A DNA stretch of 64,000 bases from Octopus vulgaris (taxonomy: Eukaryota). The translations under genes and the position numbers were made by a program. The notes under the pieces were generated by a model. That model did no database searches, was not told where the DNA came from, and saw nothing but the letters and a program-made list of their open reading frames with translations. Positions 40,347 through 53,651 of the stretch are shown here, one piece after another. Where the stretch lies: the NCBI GenBank assembly GCA_951406725.2, contig OX597819.1:18042001-18106000 (forward strand). Reading direction: 5' to 3'. Numbering within the stretch: position 1 is the first letter of the stretch; each line of letters opens with the position of its first letter.

Positions 40347-40725
40347 GGAGGCGCAGTGGCCCAGCGGTTAGGGCAGCGGACTCGCGGTCATAGGATCGCA
40401 GTTTCGATTCTCAGACCGGGCGTTGTGTATGTTTATTGAGCGAAATCACCAAAAGCTCCACGATCTTCGACAAGGGGATAGAGTGGCGAACCATGCTGTA
40501 CTCTTTCACCACAACTTCCTCTCTCTCTTTCTTCCTGTTTCTGTTGAACTTTTATTACAAAGGGCCAGCTTTGTCACACACTGTGTCACACTGAATCTCC
40601 CCGAGAACTCCATTAAGGGTACACGTGTCTGTAGAGTGCTCAGCCAATTGCATGTTAATTTCACGAGCCGACTTTTCCGTTGATCGGATGAAATGGAACC
40701 CTCGTTGTCGTAACCGATGGAGCAC
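40347..40725 (+). mobile_element. tRNA-head SINE, family C
   Basis: GGAGGCGCAGTGGCCCAGCGGTTAGGGC (A box)...GTTTCGATTCTC (B box); colinear with 59952-60341. Confidence 0.88.
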
Positions 40726-40769
40726 CTTGATGTATATATATATATATATATGTATATATAGTATTTTAG

Positions 40770-41676
40770 AATGTCTAATGGAAATTAAAATTATTTTTAT
40801 GCATTCAAACTAATGTACATTCAAACTAATTAAATATTATTTTACAGAATAACAGAATTAAAATTTCTTTGATTAAATCCTTCTCTAACATGGAAGTTAT
40901 CCAAATAGAATTTGAGGCACATGGTGCTTTATGAGTGCAAATAAGCAATCGCAAATCCCGAGCTGACATTTGCTCTTCTCTCCATTCGCACGAACTCATT
41001 TCACCCTTTTTGGTTAGACTTGTGACTGGTGATGAAAGATGGATCTTCTATCGAAATGTTAAATGTCATAAACAGTGGATTGGTAAAAGAGAAAAATCTC
41101 AACCCCAACTGAGAAGGGAACTTCATGGGAAAAGGTTCTTCTCTCTATCTGGTGGGATTGCAAAGGCGGAATTCACTTTGAAATGTTACCACCTAATGCA
41201 ACATTCAATCTTCAAGTCTACTGTCAGCAATTAGAGCGTTTGAACCAAGCTTTGAAGAAAGAAAGACCCGCTTTAGCGAATCGAAAAGGAGTGATATTTC
41301 ATCAGGACAATGCACGATCCCACACTGCAACGATCATATCACAGAAGATTAAAGAGCTTGGCTGGGAAAAATTCCTCATCCACCTTATTCTCCCGACCTT
41401 GCTCCTTCAGACTACCATTTATTTCGTAGTTTACAGAATCATTTGGGGGACATAACTTTCGGAAGACAGCAGGAGGTCGAAACTGACATTTCAGAGTTCT
41501 TCGCTTTGAAAGCAAGAGTTTTACATTGATGGGATTAAAAAGCTCGTAAATAGATGGAAGGAAGTCATAGATAATCAGGGAAAGTACATTGATGATTAAA
41601 TTTCAATTAAATATAACATTTGATCACTTGTTTTCTTTACTGAAAATTCGGACAGATCTTATCGTATGACCTGATA
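40770..41676 (+). mobile_element. mariner (DD34D) transposon remnant, internally deleted and frameshifted
   Basis: LVTGDERWIFY, VLLSIWWD, VIFHQDNARSH, PHPPYSPDLAPSDYHLF and NRWKEVIDNQGKYIDD* motifs; probable right TIR ending ...cttatcgtatgacctgaTA. Left TIR not found. Confidence 0.9.
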
Positions 41677-42495
41677 TTATGATTCAGGACATAGAAGAAT
41701 CTTTTAAAAAAAATAATTAAAAAATTCGGAAGCACAACAAAGAAAGCAGAGAGAGAAACCAAAAAGGAAGCCGAGTTTTAATATATTAAGCACCACCACC
41801 AGTATCACCACACCGACCCCTCCCCTCCATCGTCTTCATCAACATCGGCACCAACTAAATAACAACAGCATCACAAATCAGAAGAAAACTAATGATAAGG
41901 CACCATGCAGAATAATCATTCCACAGAACGGGGCTGGGGGTCTGTTAAAGAAATACAAGAGATGACATCGTGTTTGTAATCTAAGCAGCGTGTTCTCCGA
42001 TTTGTTTTTGGTGTCAACTTATACGCAACAACAACCCAACCTCTATGAACGACATCGCTAAATATGTCGCCTGAAGCAGAATTTCACAGCTGGTCTCAAA
42101 TAGTTGAGATTGTTGTCATCTGCAACTATGCATATGGACGCCATTTTGTTTCATTCACTCACCAATAGCGAAATGTAGTTGGCAGATTTTTTTTCAAAAA
42201 ACTAAACTTCGATATCAGATTCTCTTTTTCCGGATTCTTTGCTTCTGTACATTCTGATTGTGTGTGTGTGTGTATGTACGTGTGCGTGTGCTTATGTGTA
42301 CGTGTGTTTAAGTGTGTGCATGTGTATGTATGCGTGTGTTTATGTGTGTATGTGCGTGTGAGGTTTACAGAATTTATCAGCTGAAATACTTAAGTTCCTT
42401 TCAGCTTTCAGCTTTTCCTTCACAAGTCTACTCATACTTCATTCCTACAGAGTCAATTGATTTGTATTTATCTAAATATCTGTTTATAAACACAC

Positions 42496-42526
<31 letters not shown>

Positions 42527-43929
42527 TACATATGCACACACAGAAGCATATGTATATCTATAAGTAAGTATGCATATATATATATGTGTGTGTGTATGTG
42601 TACGTGTGTATTTATGGTAGATTTAGATATCTAGCCGGCTACTTCATTCAGCACTTCTCTGAATAGCGGCCTGCAAGGGAACATTTCTTCTTGAACGATT
42701 AATTTGAATCTCCATGTAATCTACCTCAAAATCCTCATCACACGAAAATGCTAATTGATAATTAATATGAAAAAGAACAGGAAATTCAAAAGTTACCCGT
42801 TATGAAACAATTTACATGTAAAGAAAGTGAACAACTTGATGAAGAAGCATCGGCAAACATATCTGATTCTTGTGTATTGACACATTAATAGCAATATCTA
42901 TGGGCTTATTCGTAGAAAGCTCTGAAGGTACTCTAAGCATGCTTCTTACTCTACCCTTAAATCTGTAGGGCTCAAAATTCTTAATATTAACCACGTGGTT
43001 AGGACTGAAATATATGAACTTATATAAAACTTTAGGTTTATATATTTATGTACTAACATAAAACCTTATGTGTTATATGTAACAATATAAACCTTTAGGA
43101 CCATAGACCAAATATTGACTATAAACCGTTAATTAGGCTATTTTGTCACTCAATGATGGATATTAAAAAAATTATGATCTGATAATATAGAAGTTATCGA
43201 TTGCTTTATAGACATAGAAAACTAGAAATTCGCCAATTCGTTGCGAATAGATATTTTTATTTTTTCCCCTTCGATAATACCAACCCTTCTTAACAAAGCC
43301 TTTATTTTGGCTGTAAGCATTTCTTAATAATTATATAAAACTGATACTATTACTATTCTAGTTGCTAGAAGACTTATTAAATTTAAACAAAAGATTATGG
43401 ACCCATAAATATGCGAAAATTTCTCTATATTTTTTGGAAAGTGAGTTTGCAAATTTTCCGATCTTTTGCGTGTTCAGTTAATCCATTGTATTAAAAGTAT
43501 GCGTTCACTAAAAGGAATATTCCATACAGGGATGGTGCTCTTTTCTGTATCCATAAGTATAGCAATGTAAAGTTAGAGAGGTATAGGGAAAACCCATTAG
43601 TTTTTTCAAACTTTTTAGTCTGTATATTACGGTGTGAATTAACTATAGGATAGTATGTTTCTCCATGTATCGCTGGATTAAAAGACTGGTCTGTATCGAA
43701 CATACTCCACATGGAATCACAATTTACAGTATGTTAGTCGTACTTCCTAACATCCATAAATAGTTATGAAACTAAATATTAGCGTTGTCTCTTATGGAAT
43801 TTCTCATAATTCCGCTAATGAGGAACGCTTATTTAGCTAAGTTGGATATAAGTATAAATTAGAGTATATTTACAAAAGCAAGTGGTGCCAAAAGCTCTGA
43901 GGCTGCGGTTAAAACTATATAACACTCAT

Positions 43930-45580
43930 GTTGTACAGTCAAAAATTTCCAGAGTGGCTCGATGTCTTTCTTCTCTCTGTCGCAAAAAGATCAACTTCCT
44001 ATATTCGGGATACTTTTCATTTTGTGTTTAAAGTCGAAAACTGCTTTTTGGTAACCATGTATATTTCTTCCTTATATACCAATATTGACCTCGATGAAGG
44101 AGTAGAAGCATGTATGCATGCCTTCGAAAAACCGTCAAACAAAAGTTTTCCATGTTTTTTCTAAGTAGGTTGTTAAGCTTTGTGTTACTTTGTAAGGCAA
44201 TGAAATTTGGACAAAAGTTTTAACTCCATGCCATTTAATTTCGGTAATATCTCCATGACAAAATTCGAGGCACAGTTACTGAAAACATTCAGATCCTTAC
44301 ATGGTCATAAACCAGTACTCGGGTAACGGTTCATTGATGACATTGTTTTCTTCTGGGAAGGATCACAGGATAGCTTAATTGAATTTTTGCATTTTGGTGA
44401 ATGTTTATGCAAAAACTATGGTCCAACATAAAAATTTATGTCTAATTTTCCAAAAATTAGCGCTGAATTTTTGGACACAAAAGTTTTCTGGAGTCAGAAT
44501 AGTAACAGAGTTATTTTGCGAGCCCACGTCATTCCACATTTATCCCCACATTTTATAGTTCGGTCAAATCCGAAATCCTAATTGTTGAAGATAAAATGGA
44601 TTTGTACTTATATAGGGGATTACTGGAAACATAGACATTTGCAAATGACATAGCTATGATTAGCAAAGAAAGTCAAATATTCACACATCATTTTAGCAAA
44701 CAAAGTAAAATATGTGACAAAATACATTTAGTTATTAACTGGAACCGAAAGTTCTCTGGCATTTCAAAAGTGTTACATGAAAGTTACCAGGGTTACCAGT
44801 TTCAAACAAATATTCTTCAGCCGCTTATTGTAGCCTTCAGACGTAATAAAAATATAAGAGAACTATTAATCCCTACTTTTGGCTCCTTGAAAACATAACA
44901 TTGGATTTTTTGCACGCTGCACTTTGAAACACAGCCGCAAGAGAACTGAACCCTGTTCAGTGTGCAACAACAAAAGTCAAGTCAATTCCATTTGGAATCA
45001 TAATAGAAATGTTATGATTTATATGCAAGGTGGGACGTGTAGAGAATCCCATTTGGTGTACTCAGCAGAATAAACCAAACACAACTTGATTTATGTTGGT
45101 TGTTCAGCAGAACTATTAAACAAAATATCCAATGGACACGGATATGACGTCAGGCACAATAAGAGTTTTTCGACAGAACTTGCCTAACGTTTTATATCAA
45201 ACGGTTGTAATTTTAAAACAGATTTGAAAGTGCATAATCTGAGAAAACATTCTGAATGAGTTACACTGTCAGTACTCAAAATGCATGAGGAGAAATATGT
45301 TTGTGAGTTATTAACATCATGCACTGAAAGAACGAAGAAAATGACAGGGGAATTTCATCATCTTCACACAAAACTGTTTGATTACATATTTTTCTTATTT
45401 TTCTTTTTTCTTTTTACATTCAATTTTTTGCCAGTTGTAAAATTGAAAATTGAAGACGGATGATGTCATTCCGTTAAAATGGTAACGCATATAATTTTGA
45501 ATTTCTATGTACCATGTCGCATTTTGAACTCGACAAAGACGCGTAAGTTGTCGAAATATTGTTCAAACCAATTAAAATAT
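43930..45580 (+). mobile_element. Penelope-like element remnant (RT + GIY-YIG), decayed
   Basis: SYIRDTFHF...LVTMYISSLYTNIDLDEG; RFIDDIVFFWEGSQDSLIEFL; AEFLDT; PLIVAFRRNKNIRELL; CRESHLVYS...LIYVG...NGH. Terminal hammerhead-like hairpin at 45524-45566. Confidence 0.82.
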
Positions 45581-45594
45581 GTATTGCAATCGCA

Positions 45595-46124
45595 TTGTGA
45601 GAGTGCAGTAGGGTAAAATATGCAAAGCCCAGTATACTCATCATGACTACCCTTCTAATAATGGTAGAACAGACATATACATCACGACATATAGACCAGG
45701 CATATACATCACATATACATCAAAATTTGTGCGTGACATAGTGATCTCATATCAAGATAAAAAGTGCCGCATGACCTTGCAAGTGGGACCCAGTTAGAAT
45801 TTTCGTCACGTCGACTAGCCCATCCCATACAAAAGGATGTGCTACTCACCATGTTTCCAAAGGTGAGTTATACAAGCCCCAAAGAATTTCATTCAACACA
45901 TGGCAATGTTGCTCCACTAATACTTCTGCTTGTGATCAGAATTCCAAGGGACAATCTCAGCTGTTTAAGGTCAAGCAACTGACAACCAAATCTGTGGTAT
46001 TGAGTAGAATAGTATTTGCCGTGGCCAATATTTTATAACAGGACAAAACAATAAGCATGATAACACTTCTAATATGTGAAGATCAGAATCCACGAGAGCC
46101 ACAGCCTGGAACTGCACCAATGCA

Positions 46125-46125
<1 letters not shown>
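45595..46125 (-). mobile_element. second copy of the (TAA)n-associated non-coding element
   Basis: Reverse complement of 11322-11803 with ~70 bp of extra 5' sequence, directly abutting (TTA)n at 46125-46268. Confidence 0.7.
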
Positions 46126-46268
<143 letters not shown>

Positions 46269-47117
46269 TATAACTATACTCAAGACAATTCAAATGATTC
46301 AAAGGTCAGGAATATGTCTATATGAAATGACGCTGTCATCAGCAAAACTTACAATACTAATAAGAATATCATGCTCCTTGCAGTAAGTTTTATGTGGACC
46401 CACTTTTAAAAACATCCCTGTAAGTAACAGAAACTCCACTATTTGTCTTATATCTCTTACTAATAACTTTAGAAAAAATGATAAGAGCTGACATGCCTTG
46501 TAAGGACAAATCGATTGTACAGCTGTATGCATAGACAAAAACTGACATTTGAAAAACCAATGACTCATTACAAATATATTAGCTAAACGTTCGGACACAC
46601 GGAAACATTTGGTGCTACATCGGGGGCCGTTAGGACGAGATTTAAGACGAGGTTCAATAACGAAAATTTATTTGAATGATTGTCTCGGAATTCAAAACTA
46701 TTAAGCGCTCCGTGATAAGAACTTTATTTACATATGAATGAGTCGGGTAGCATTTATTTATGTTCTTTGGAGAAGCATAACATGGTGAAATGTAAATCAG
46801 TTCAAATACATAAACAATCATTCCGAGAGTGATTCTTACTGTTTAGACGTTTGTTTAGTTGGATGGCGATGAAGACGTTTATTGTCGGACTGTGCAATAG
46901 CATTGCAATCGGGACTCTACAGCTCATGAATGGATTTCATCATCACAAAGTTGTACGTATTTTCATCCTATACATTATGCGTAATTCGAAGATAACCATG
47001 GCCCAGTGTGAGGAAAAAAAGATATTGGGAAAATAACAGGGAAGCAGAATGAATACTAATACCTATACGTGAATACAACTGTATACAGGTGTGTATCTGA
47101 ACACACACACACACATA

Positions 47118-47225
47118 AACACACACTGAAATACACACTGAAATACACACTGAAACACACACACACACACACGTATGTATACCATGTATACCATGTATAC
47201 CATGTATACCATGTATACCATGTAT
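47118..47225. repeat. short tandem repeats: ~3x ACACACTGAAAT and ~5x GTATACCAT
   Basis: Direct reading. Confidence 0.85.
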
Positions 47226-47324
47226 TTGTAAATATGTTAAAAATGTTAACAAAGTTACGAAAATGTTTTTAAATCTATGGCATTCTTAATGTAAAAGAAG
47301 ACTTTGCACCGAAAACTATATACT

Positions 47325-47380
<56 letters not shown>

Positions 47381-47563
47381 CTTAAACATAAATATATGTG
47401 TGTAGGTATGTAGATTTGTATATATATACATATACATATACATACATACAGATACACAAAGGCACAAGCATATAGATATATGTATTTTTATATATTATGT
47501 ATATATATGTGCATATATACATATATATATATATGTACATACATGTGTGTACACACATATATA

Positions 47564-47623
<60 letters not shown>

Positions 47624-47830
47624 CATAAGACTTGATTGGTTCGTTAAAGTGGCAGTCCATTAAGTAATTACTTAAATATTGATTAAACCTAACACTGGAT
47701 GCTTGGCCTGTTAAATTAGTCTGGACTCACTCACACAGTTCGACTCTTTCACATTGTTTCTGAAACACGCAGATACACACATACATTCATACATACACAC
47801 GCACACACACACATAGTTATATATATATAG

Positions 47831-47903
<73 letters not shown>

Positions 47904-48640
47904 GAGAGAGAGCGAGTGAGAGAGCGATAGATTGAGAGAGAGAATGAGAGAGAGAGATATATGCCTATATGTATGTATGTGTGAATGTATATATATGTGC
48001 GTATGTCTATGTATATAAACGCACTCATACAGGTGCTTGTGTGCACATGACTCAGCATGCGAACACGTCGTTTTCTCCATCATTTATTGTCTTCAGAGTT
48101 TCTCATTTCCAGAGAATCATAGAATTACCTGAAGAACAGATTGACTTCTAACAAAAAGATAGTCTCCTACAAGTTGTATTCTGACAATTTTTACAGAAAT
48201 AAATTTGTTGTCTCCATCCTGTCGTCACTTTCATTATAGGTCATCAGAATACTCCAACGAAAGTGTTTGCAGCAATTTCCTGTATTTCAGGAAATTATTG
48301 TATTTATGCACGGATCAGTAGTCTTTTGGACCGTGAGAAATAATTCTTTGTACTATGAATATGCTTTTCAGTCTGAAATTTGTAATTCCAAATTTCATCT
48401 TGGTGCAGAGTCAATTCGTTGTAACGATTTCCGACGCTCGTACACTTCTATAAATGTCTAGCACATTCTCGGCGTTCCCCTTGCTTTCCCATTTTCCTCA
48501 CTCTCGCTCGCGTGAGAATATTCTTCTCCACTCATTTCCATCTTGTTTGAATTTTTAATAAATACACGTGGATTATGTATGTATGTGTGTGTATATGTAT
48601 GTATATATATATGTGTGTATATATATATCTATGTAAATAT

Positions 48641-48714
<74 letters not shown>

Positions 48715-48719
48715 CAATA

Positions 48720-49335
48720 TTTCGTCCTATTTCTCCTGTCTGACCACCTCTGTCTGGCATTCGCTATGATTGATCGCTAGCCACTGAACCATTTAAAAAA
48801 AAAATTTTCTCTTGCTCTGCTTACTTCTGTCTTTCTTTTCTGTTGAAGACCGTAGGCTCGAAACGTAAAAGACTTTTCCACCTACCCGAGTGTTAAACTA
48901 ATTCATCTGTTTGTTGCTTATACACCCGTCATTTTTTTTCTTGTAAATTCCAACATACCGTCACTTCCCACATCTCGCCTTTCCAGCGTTCATAAATTTT
49001 TACATCTTTTGGCTTCACAGCCCTCACCGTTTGTTTTTTGTGTCATGTTCTCACTGTCCTGTTTTTGTTACCACTTTCACCCTCTGCAAAAAAACATTAC
49101 TTAATTTGTGTTGCGGGAAGGATTGTTTCAACGAAGTCGCGTCTTGTCCTTACCTTCGGAACGTGAAGATATGGAACGGGGTCAACTGATGAAGGGGAAT
49201 GTCCTTTATATTGCCTGTCTCGTTTCTCTGTTTGTTTTTTTTTTCGTTGTTCGAAAAAAGTTCCTTTTCTATGTTTTTGTTTTTATGCTTTCGTTTTCTT
49301 ATTGTGTGTACGTTTTTGATGTCCTGCACCCATAT
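48720..49335 (+). mobile_element. two adjacent short PLE-like non-autonomous repeats
   Basis: 48720-48955 is homologous to 25170-25408. 48960-49335 is homologous to the reverse complement of ~20850-21200 (gggaagga...ccttcggaacgt...ctgatgaagggga...tttgatgtcctgcac). Confidence 0.55.
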
Positions 49336-49383
49336 ATGCACGTATATATATATAGGTATGTACATAAATGTATGTATATATGA

Positions 49384-49529
49384 ATATATTTATATATTAA
49401 TTATATTATTATATGATCAAACACATACCTTTCCAAGTAAAGTATATATATATATATATATATATATGTACTTTACTTGGAAAGGGATGTGTTTGATCAT
49501 ATAATAATATAATTAATATATAAATATAT
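49384..49529. repeat. near-perfect palindrome centred on (TA)n
   Basis: atatttatatattaattatattattatatgatcaaacacatacctttccaagtaaagta-(TA)n-tactttacttggaaagggatgtgtttgatcatataataatataattaatatataaatat. Confidence 0.92.
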
Positions 49530-49595
49530 GCATATATACATACATATATATATATATGCATATATACATACATATATATACATATATATATATAC

Positions 49596-49648
<53 letters not shown>

Positions 49649-49893
49649 GCAATTAAGGACAACCTCTTAATAAGGAATCTTAATAAGAAATGATCAGGTA
49701 GATAGCGTGAAAAACCTCATAAGAGAAAAATTTCGAAAATAATTCTTTCTTATTTAACATATTAATTTATATATAGAGGGCATTATTATACATAGATGCC
49801 ACACGCTAAGAGGGACAAAAAGTCATTTCTACCAAAAATTTTACTAATCCTACCGAATGCAATCTTTCAAAGCAAGACATTTAAAAAATATAT

Positions 49894-49942
49894 AGACTTG
49901 TAACACATGTAATTTCGTACTTACGTACTCGTCAGCAAGCCT
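49894..49942 (-). ncRNA. type I hammerhead ribozyme, copy 1 (helix III weakened)
   Basis: Minus strand aggcttg CTGACGA gtac gtaa gtac GAAA ttacatgtgt TA caagtct. Confidence 0.7.
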
Positions 49943-50352
49943 GAACGTATCATAAATAAACGACCCTGTCTCGTCAAAGCCAAGCAGCTAACTGCTTAAC
50001 TTCAACGGAGCACATGGGGGAGTTTACATATATTACATCCGGTAAATGGCAGGCTTCTTCGAATTGCATTTCGGATAGGAAAAGTTTTTTCGGAATAAAA
50101 TTATTTAGCAATTAAGGACAACCTCTTAATAAGGAATCTTAATAAGAAATTATCAGGTAGATAGCGTGAAAAACCTCATAAGAGAAAAATTTCGAAAATA
50201 ATTCTTTCTTATTTAACATAGTAATTTATATATAGAGGGCATTATTATACATAGATGCCACACGCTAAGAGGGACAAAAAGTCATTTCTACCAAAAATTT
50301 TACTAATCCTACCGAATGCAATCTTTCAAAGCAAGACATTTAAAAAATATAT

Positions 50353-50401
50353 AGACTTGTATCACATGTGATTTCGTACTTACGTACTCGTCAGCAAGCC
50401 T
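50353..50401 (-). ncRNA. type I hammerhead ribozyme, copy 2 (intact)
   Basis: Minus strand aggcttg CTGACGA gtac gtaa gtac GAAA tcacatgtga TA caagtct; complete core and all three helices. Confidence 0.88.
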
Positions 50402-50564
50402 GAACGTATCATAAATAAACGACCCTGTCTCGTCAAAGCAAAGCAGCTAACTGCTTAACTTCAACGGAGCACATGAGGGAGTTTACATATATTACATCCG
50501 GTTGAAGTTAAGCAGTTAGCTGCTTGGCTTTGAGGAGACAGGGTCGTTTATTTATGATACGTTC

Positions 50565-50613
50565 AGGCTTGCTGACGAGTACGTAAGTACGAAATCACAT
50601 GTGATACAAGTCT
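50565..50613 (+). ncRNA. type I hammerhead ribozyme, copy 3 (intact, opposite strand)
   Basis: Helix I aggcttg/caagtct; CUGACGA at 50572-50578; helix II gtac/gtac with a GUAA loop; GAAA at 50591-50594; palindromic helix III tcacatgtga; predicted cleavage after AUA at 50606. Confidence 0.88.
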
Positions 50614-50733
50614 ATATATTTTTTAAATGTCTTGCTTTGAAAGATTGCATTCGGTAGGATTAGTAAAATTTTTGGTAGAAATGACTTTTTGTCCCTCTTA
50701 GCGTGTGGCATCTATGTATAATAATGCCCTCTC

Positions 50734-50809
<76 letters not shown>

Positions 50810-51374
50810 ATATATGTATATATATATAAATGTGAAGACCTTTCCAACTGTAAAGCAGGAGCTTAAAATTCTCTAGTAAAAACAACATTGAATGACTTAA
50901 GAGTTAAACATTTCATTAAAGGAAAATTGAATCTTACTCTACTAGCAATGTGAATAACAGAAAGTGAAAAAATATCTACATATCTGAAATATCTGAAAGA
51001 ACAGAGAACGTCATGGCTTGTAGTATTTATACATTAGCAGAAATGTAACAATTTCATATATCTCTGCATCTCTGAAGGTCATCAAAGTAGCAATTAGACG
51101 CAGTCCCGTGCTTGTCGGTGGAGTATTCTCTGCCAAATCGTTTGGATTTGTGCAAATGGGATGTCCTGCCTCTAAATTTTCCCGAATTAGACCAATGTGG
51201 TATTTCACACAACTGTCAATAGATAAGAGTCATGCTATAACAAAACAAATGGTCTATGGCACATATAATTGACATAGGGATAGCCCCAAGTGAATGTCGT
51301 AAGCATTGGACATTTTAGGGGTGTGTTTTCCATAGACATTCTGCATTCTGTAATGCGTGTGTACATTGTCTACC

Positions 51375-51459
<85 letters not shown>

Positions 51460-51601
51460 CATCCATCCATCCATGCATGCATGCATGCCTGCATACATGT
51501 ATGTATGTATGTATGTATGTATGTATGTATGTATGTATCTATCTATCTATTTATCTATCCTTCTATCTATCTAACTCTATTTCTATCTATCTATCTTTCT
51601 T

Positions 51602-51643
<42 letters not shown>

Positions 51644-51690
51644 CATCATCCATCCATCCATGCATGTATGTATGCATGTATGTATGTATG

Positions 51691-51724
<34 letters not shown>

Positions 51725-51830
51725 TGTATGTATGTATGTATGCATGCATGTATGTATATATGTATGTATGTATCTATCTAAGCAACACGATGAACTATCT
51801 CTAGTATAGGTGCCCCTACGCACACTGATT

Positions 51831-51890
<60 letters not shown>
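51375..51890. repeat. compound (TCTA)n/(TATG)n/(TA)n microsatellite
   Basis: Direct reading. Confidence 0.95.
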
Positions 51891-51891
<1 letters not shown>

Positions 51892-53357
51892 GTATGCATA
51901 CTTTTTTTGCCTCTTTCCTTGTCACCCGTTTGTCCAATACACGCCTACGAGGAAAATCCATTTAAAAAAAATTTCATACACAATGCATTTCAAAGATTTT
52001 CTTGTCTCATACGCGCATTTGTTTTATAATACATAGTAGAGTGTGTTAGTTGGGCTTAATGAAAATTAGCTGTTGTTTCTATCATGTAATGCGGATTCAC
52101 AAAAATTGGATCATGTGTCTATAATTAGATTCACGCGGCTGTAAAGCGATTTATTTTTACATTTGAATGCAATGATTATAAACAAAGTATTGTGAGAGTC
52201 ATCCCTGTTCTCCTCGGACTAAATAATTTTTTTATCATTAATCCCAAACAAAGTACGCTAACAAGAAATGACGGCTGACGTGTTTTTAAATCAACATCAG
52301 AAATAAAGTACTTAATCTTGAAGAGGTCAAAGGTACTAGGTCAAACGGTCAAAAGCTTGACCTCTGAGATTTAATTTCACACTGACCAATGATAACAATA
52401 TCGATCACCTGTAACCATATACAGATCAATCAAACATTATTTTATTGGCAATTCGCCACAGATCAATTTCTAATTATACTTGTCATTTCTAAAATAGACT
52501 TAGATTGCTGGTTGTTGTGATAGACACGATGGTGTGAAGGGGATGCAGGGGCAGTGGTAGAGATAGTTGTGTGATGGTTTAAAGTGGCGGTGATGTGTTG
52601 AGGTGGTAGTACACAGTGGTGGTAATTCTATTGTGATCATTGATTAGTGATGGTGTGTGGGGTAGCGTTTAGTTCGGTGGACATCAGCTGTGTGGAAGAT
52701 GGTGATGGTAGTTGTAGAATATGGCGGCGATGTTGGTTGCAGTATATGTAACGGTATATGGTAGTGATGATAGTTGTATAGGCAGTTGTGTGGATGTTGG
52801 CGTCGTGTAGAGTGTAGCAGTAGGTGTGATACTATGCAGCGATGATAAAGAGCAGGGGCAGTAGTCAATTTACAGGAGAGGTTGGTGTTATACGTAGTAG
52901 TTATAGAAAGATTTGGTGAAGATATCATTAAATATTGACGGCGTATAGTTCAAGCGTTCAGTAGTAGCGAGCTCGTAATAGTGGTGGTGGTGGTGGCAGT
53001 TATGGTTTGACCTAATAGTATATCTTGGTAGAATATGGTGGTGATGGTTAGAGTATTTTTTACTTCCATATCAGGATAACTTTTTATTCCTTTTTACTTC
53101 CTTATTATTTTTTAAATTCCTTATAAGGATTCACACAAATACATTTATGTATTAACCTTACAGAAAAGGAATCCATAAAATCGTCTATCTTTTACACCTT
53201 ATTTCTCTCAGTTTTAAATAATTTAAGAGTATATTGAGACGCGTGAAGGGATTAAACCAAACGAGGCGATATCACAACATTCGTTCTATTTGAAAATCCT
53301 CACTATAAATAGGTGCGCATTTGTTTCGACCATCGTTATGTTTCCTTATGTGTTGTA

Positions 53358-53581
53358 ATACATACATGCATACATACATACATACATACATACATACATA
53401 CATACATACATACATGCATACATGCATGCATACATACATGCATACATGCATACATACGTACATACATACATACATACATGCATGCATACATACATACATA
53501 CATACGTACATACATACATACATGCATACATGCATACATGCATGCATACATACATACATACATACATACATACATACATAC

Positions 53582-53612
<31 letters not shown>

Positions 53613-53651
53613 CATACATACATACATACATACGTACATACATACATACAC
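53358..53651. repeat. (TACA)n microsatellite
   Basis: Direct run immediately 5' of the LINE remnant. Confidence 0.95.

Larger units (their letters stand above)
49643..50738 (-). mobile_element. retrozyme/PLE-like element: 459-bp unit in partial tandem plus an inverted partial copy, inserted in (TA)n
   Basis: Unit 1 at 49643-50101 and unit 2 at 50102-~50501 differ by six visible substitutions. The inverted copy 50501-50738 is the reverse complement of ~50228-50465. Each segment has a hammerhead; (TA)n flanks both sides. Confidence 0.85.

Noticed and set aside
40347-40420. tRNA gene (also at other SINE heads)
   Set aside because: A/B boxes continue into SINE bodies repeated across the window; no complete cloverleaf.
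42780-43750. Short minus-strand ORFs upstream of the PLE that might be another decayed element
   Set aside because: No motif I can assign with confidence.
49643-50738. CRISPR array or prokaryotic system
   Set aside because: The repeats are long units with no unique spacers, there are no cas-like ORFs, and the window is eukaryotic repeat DNA.
51011-51214. Possible minus-strand exon or 65-aa ORF
   Set aside because: Acceptor-like site but no good donor and no recognisable protein.
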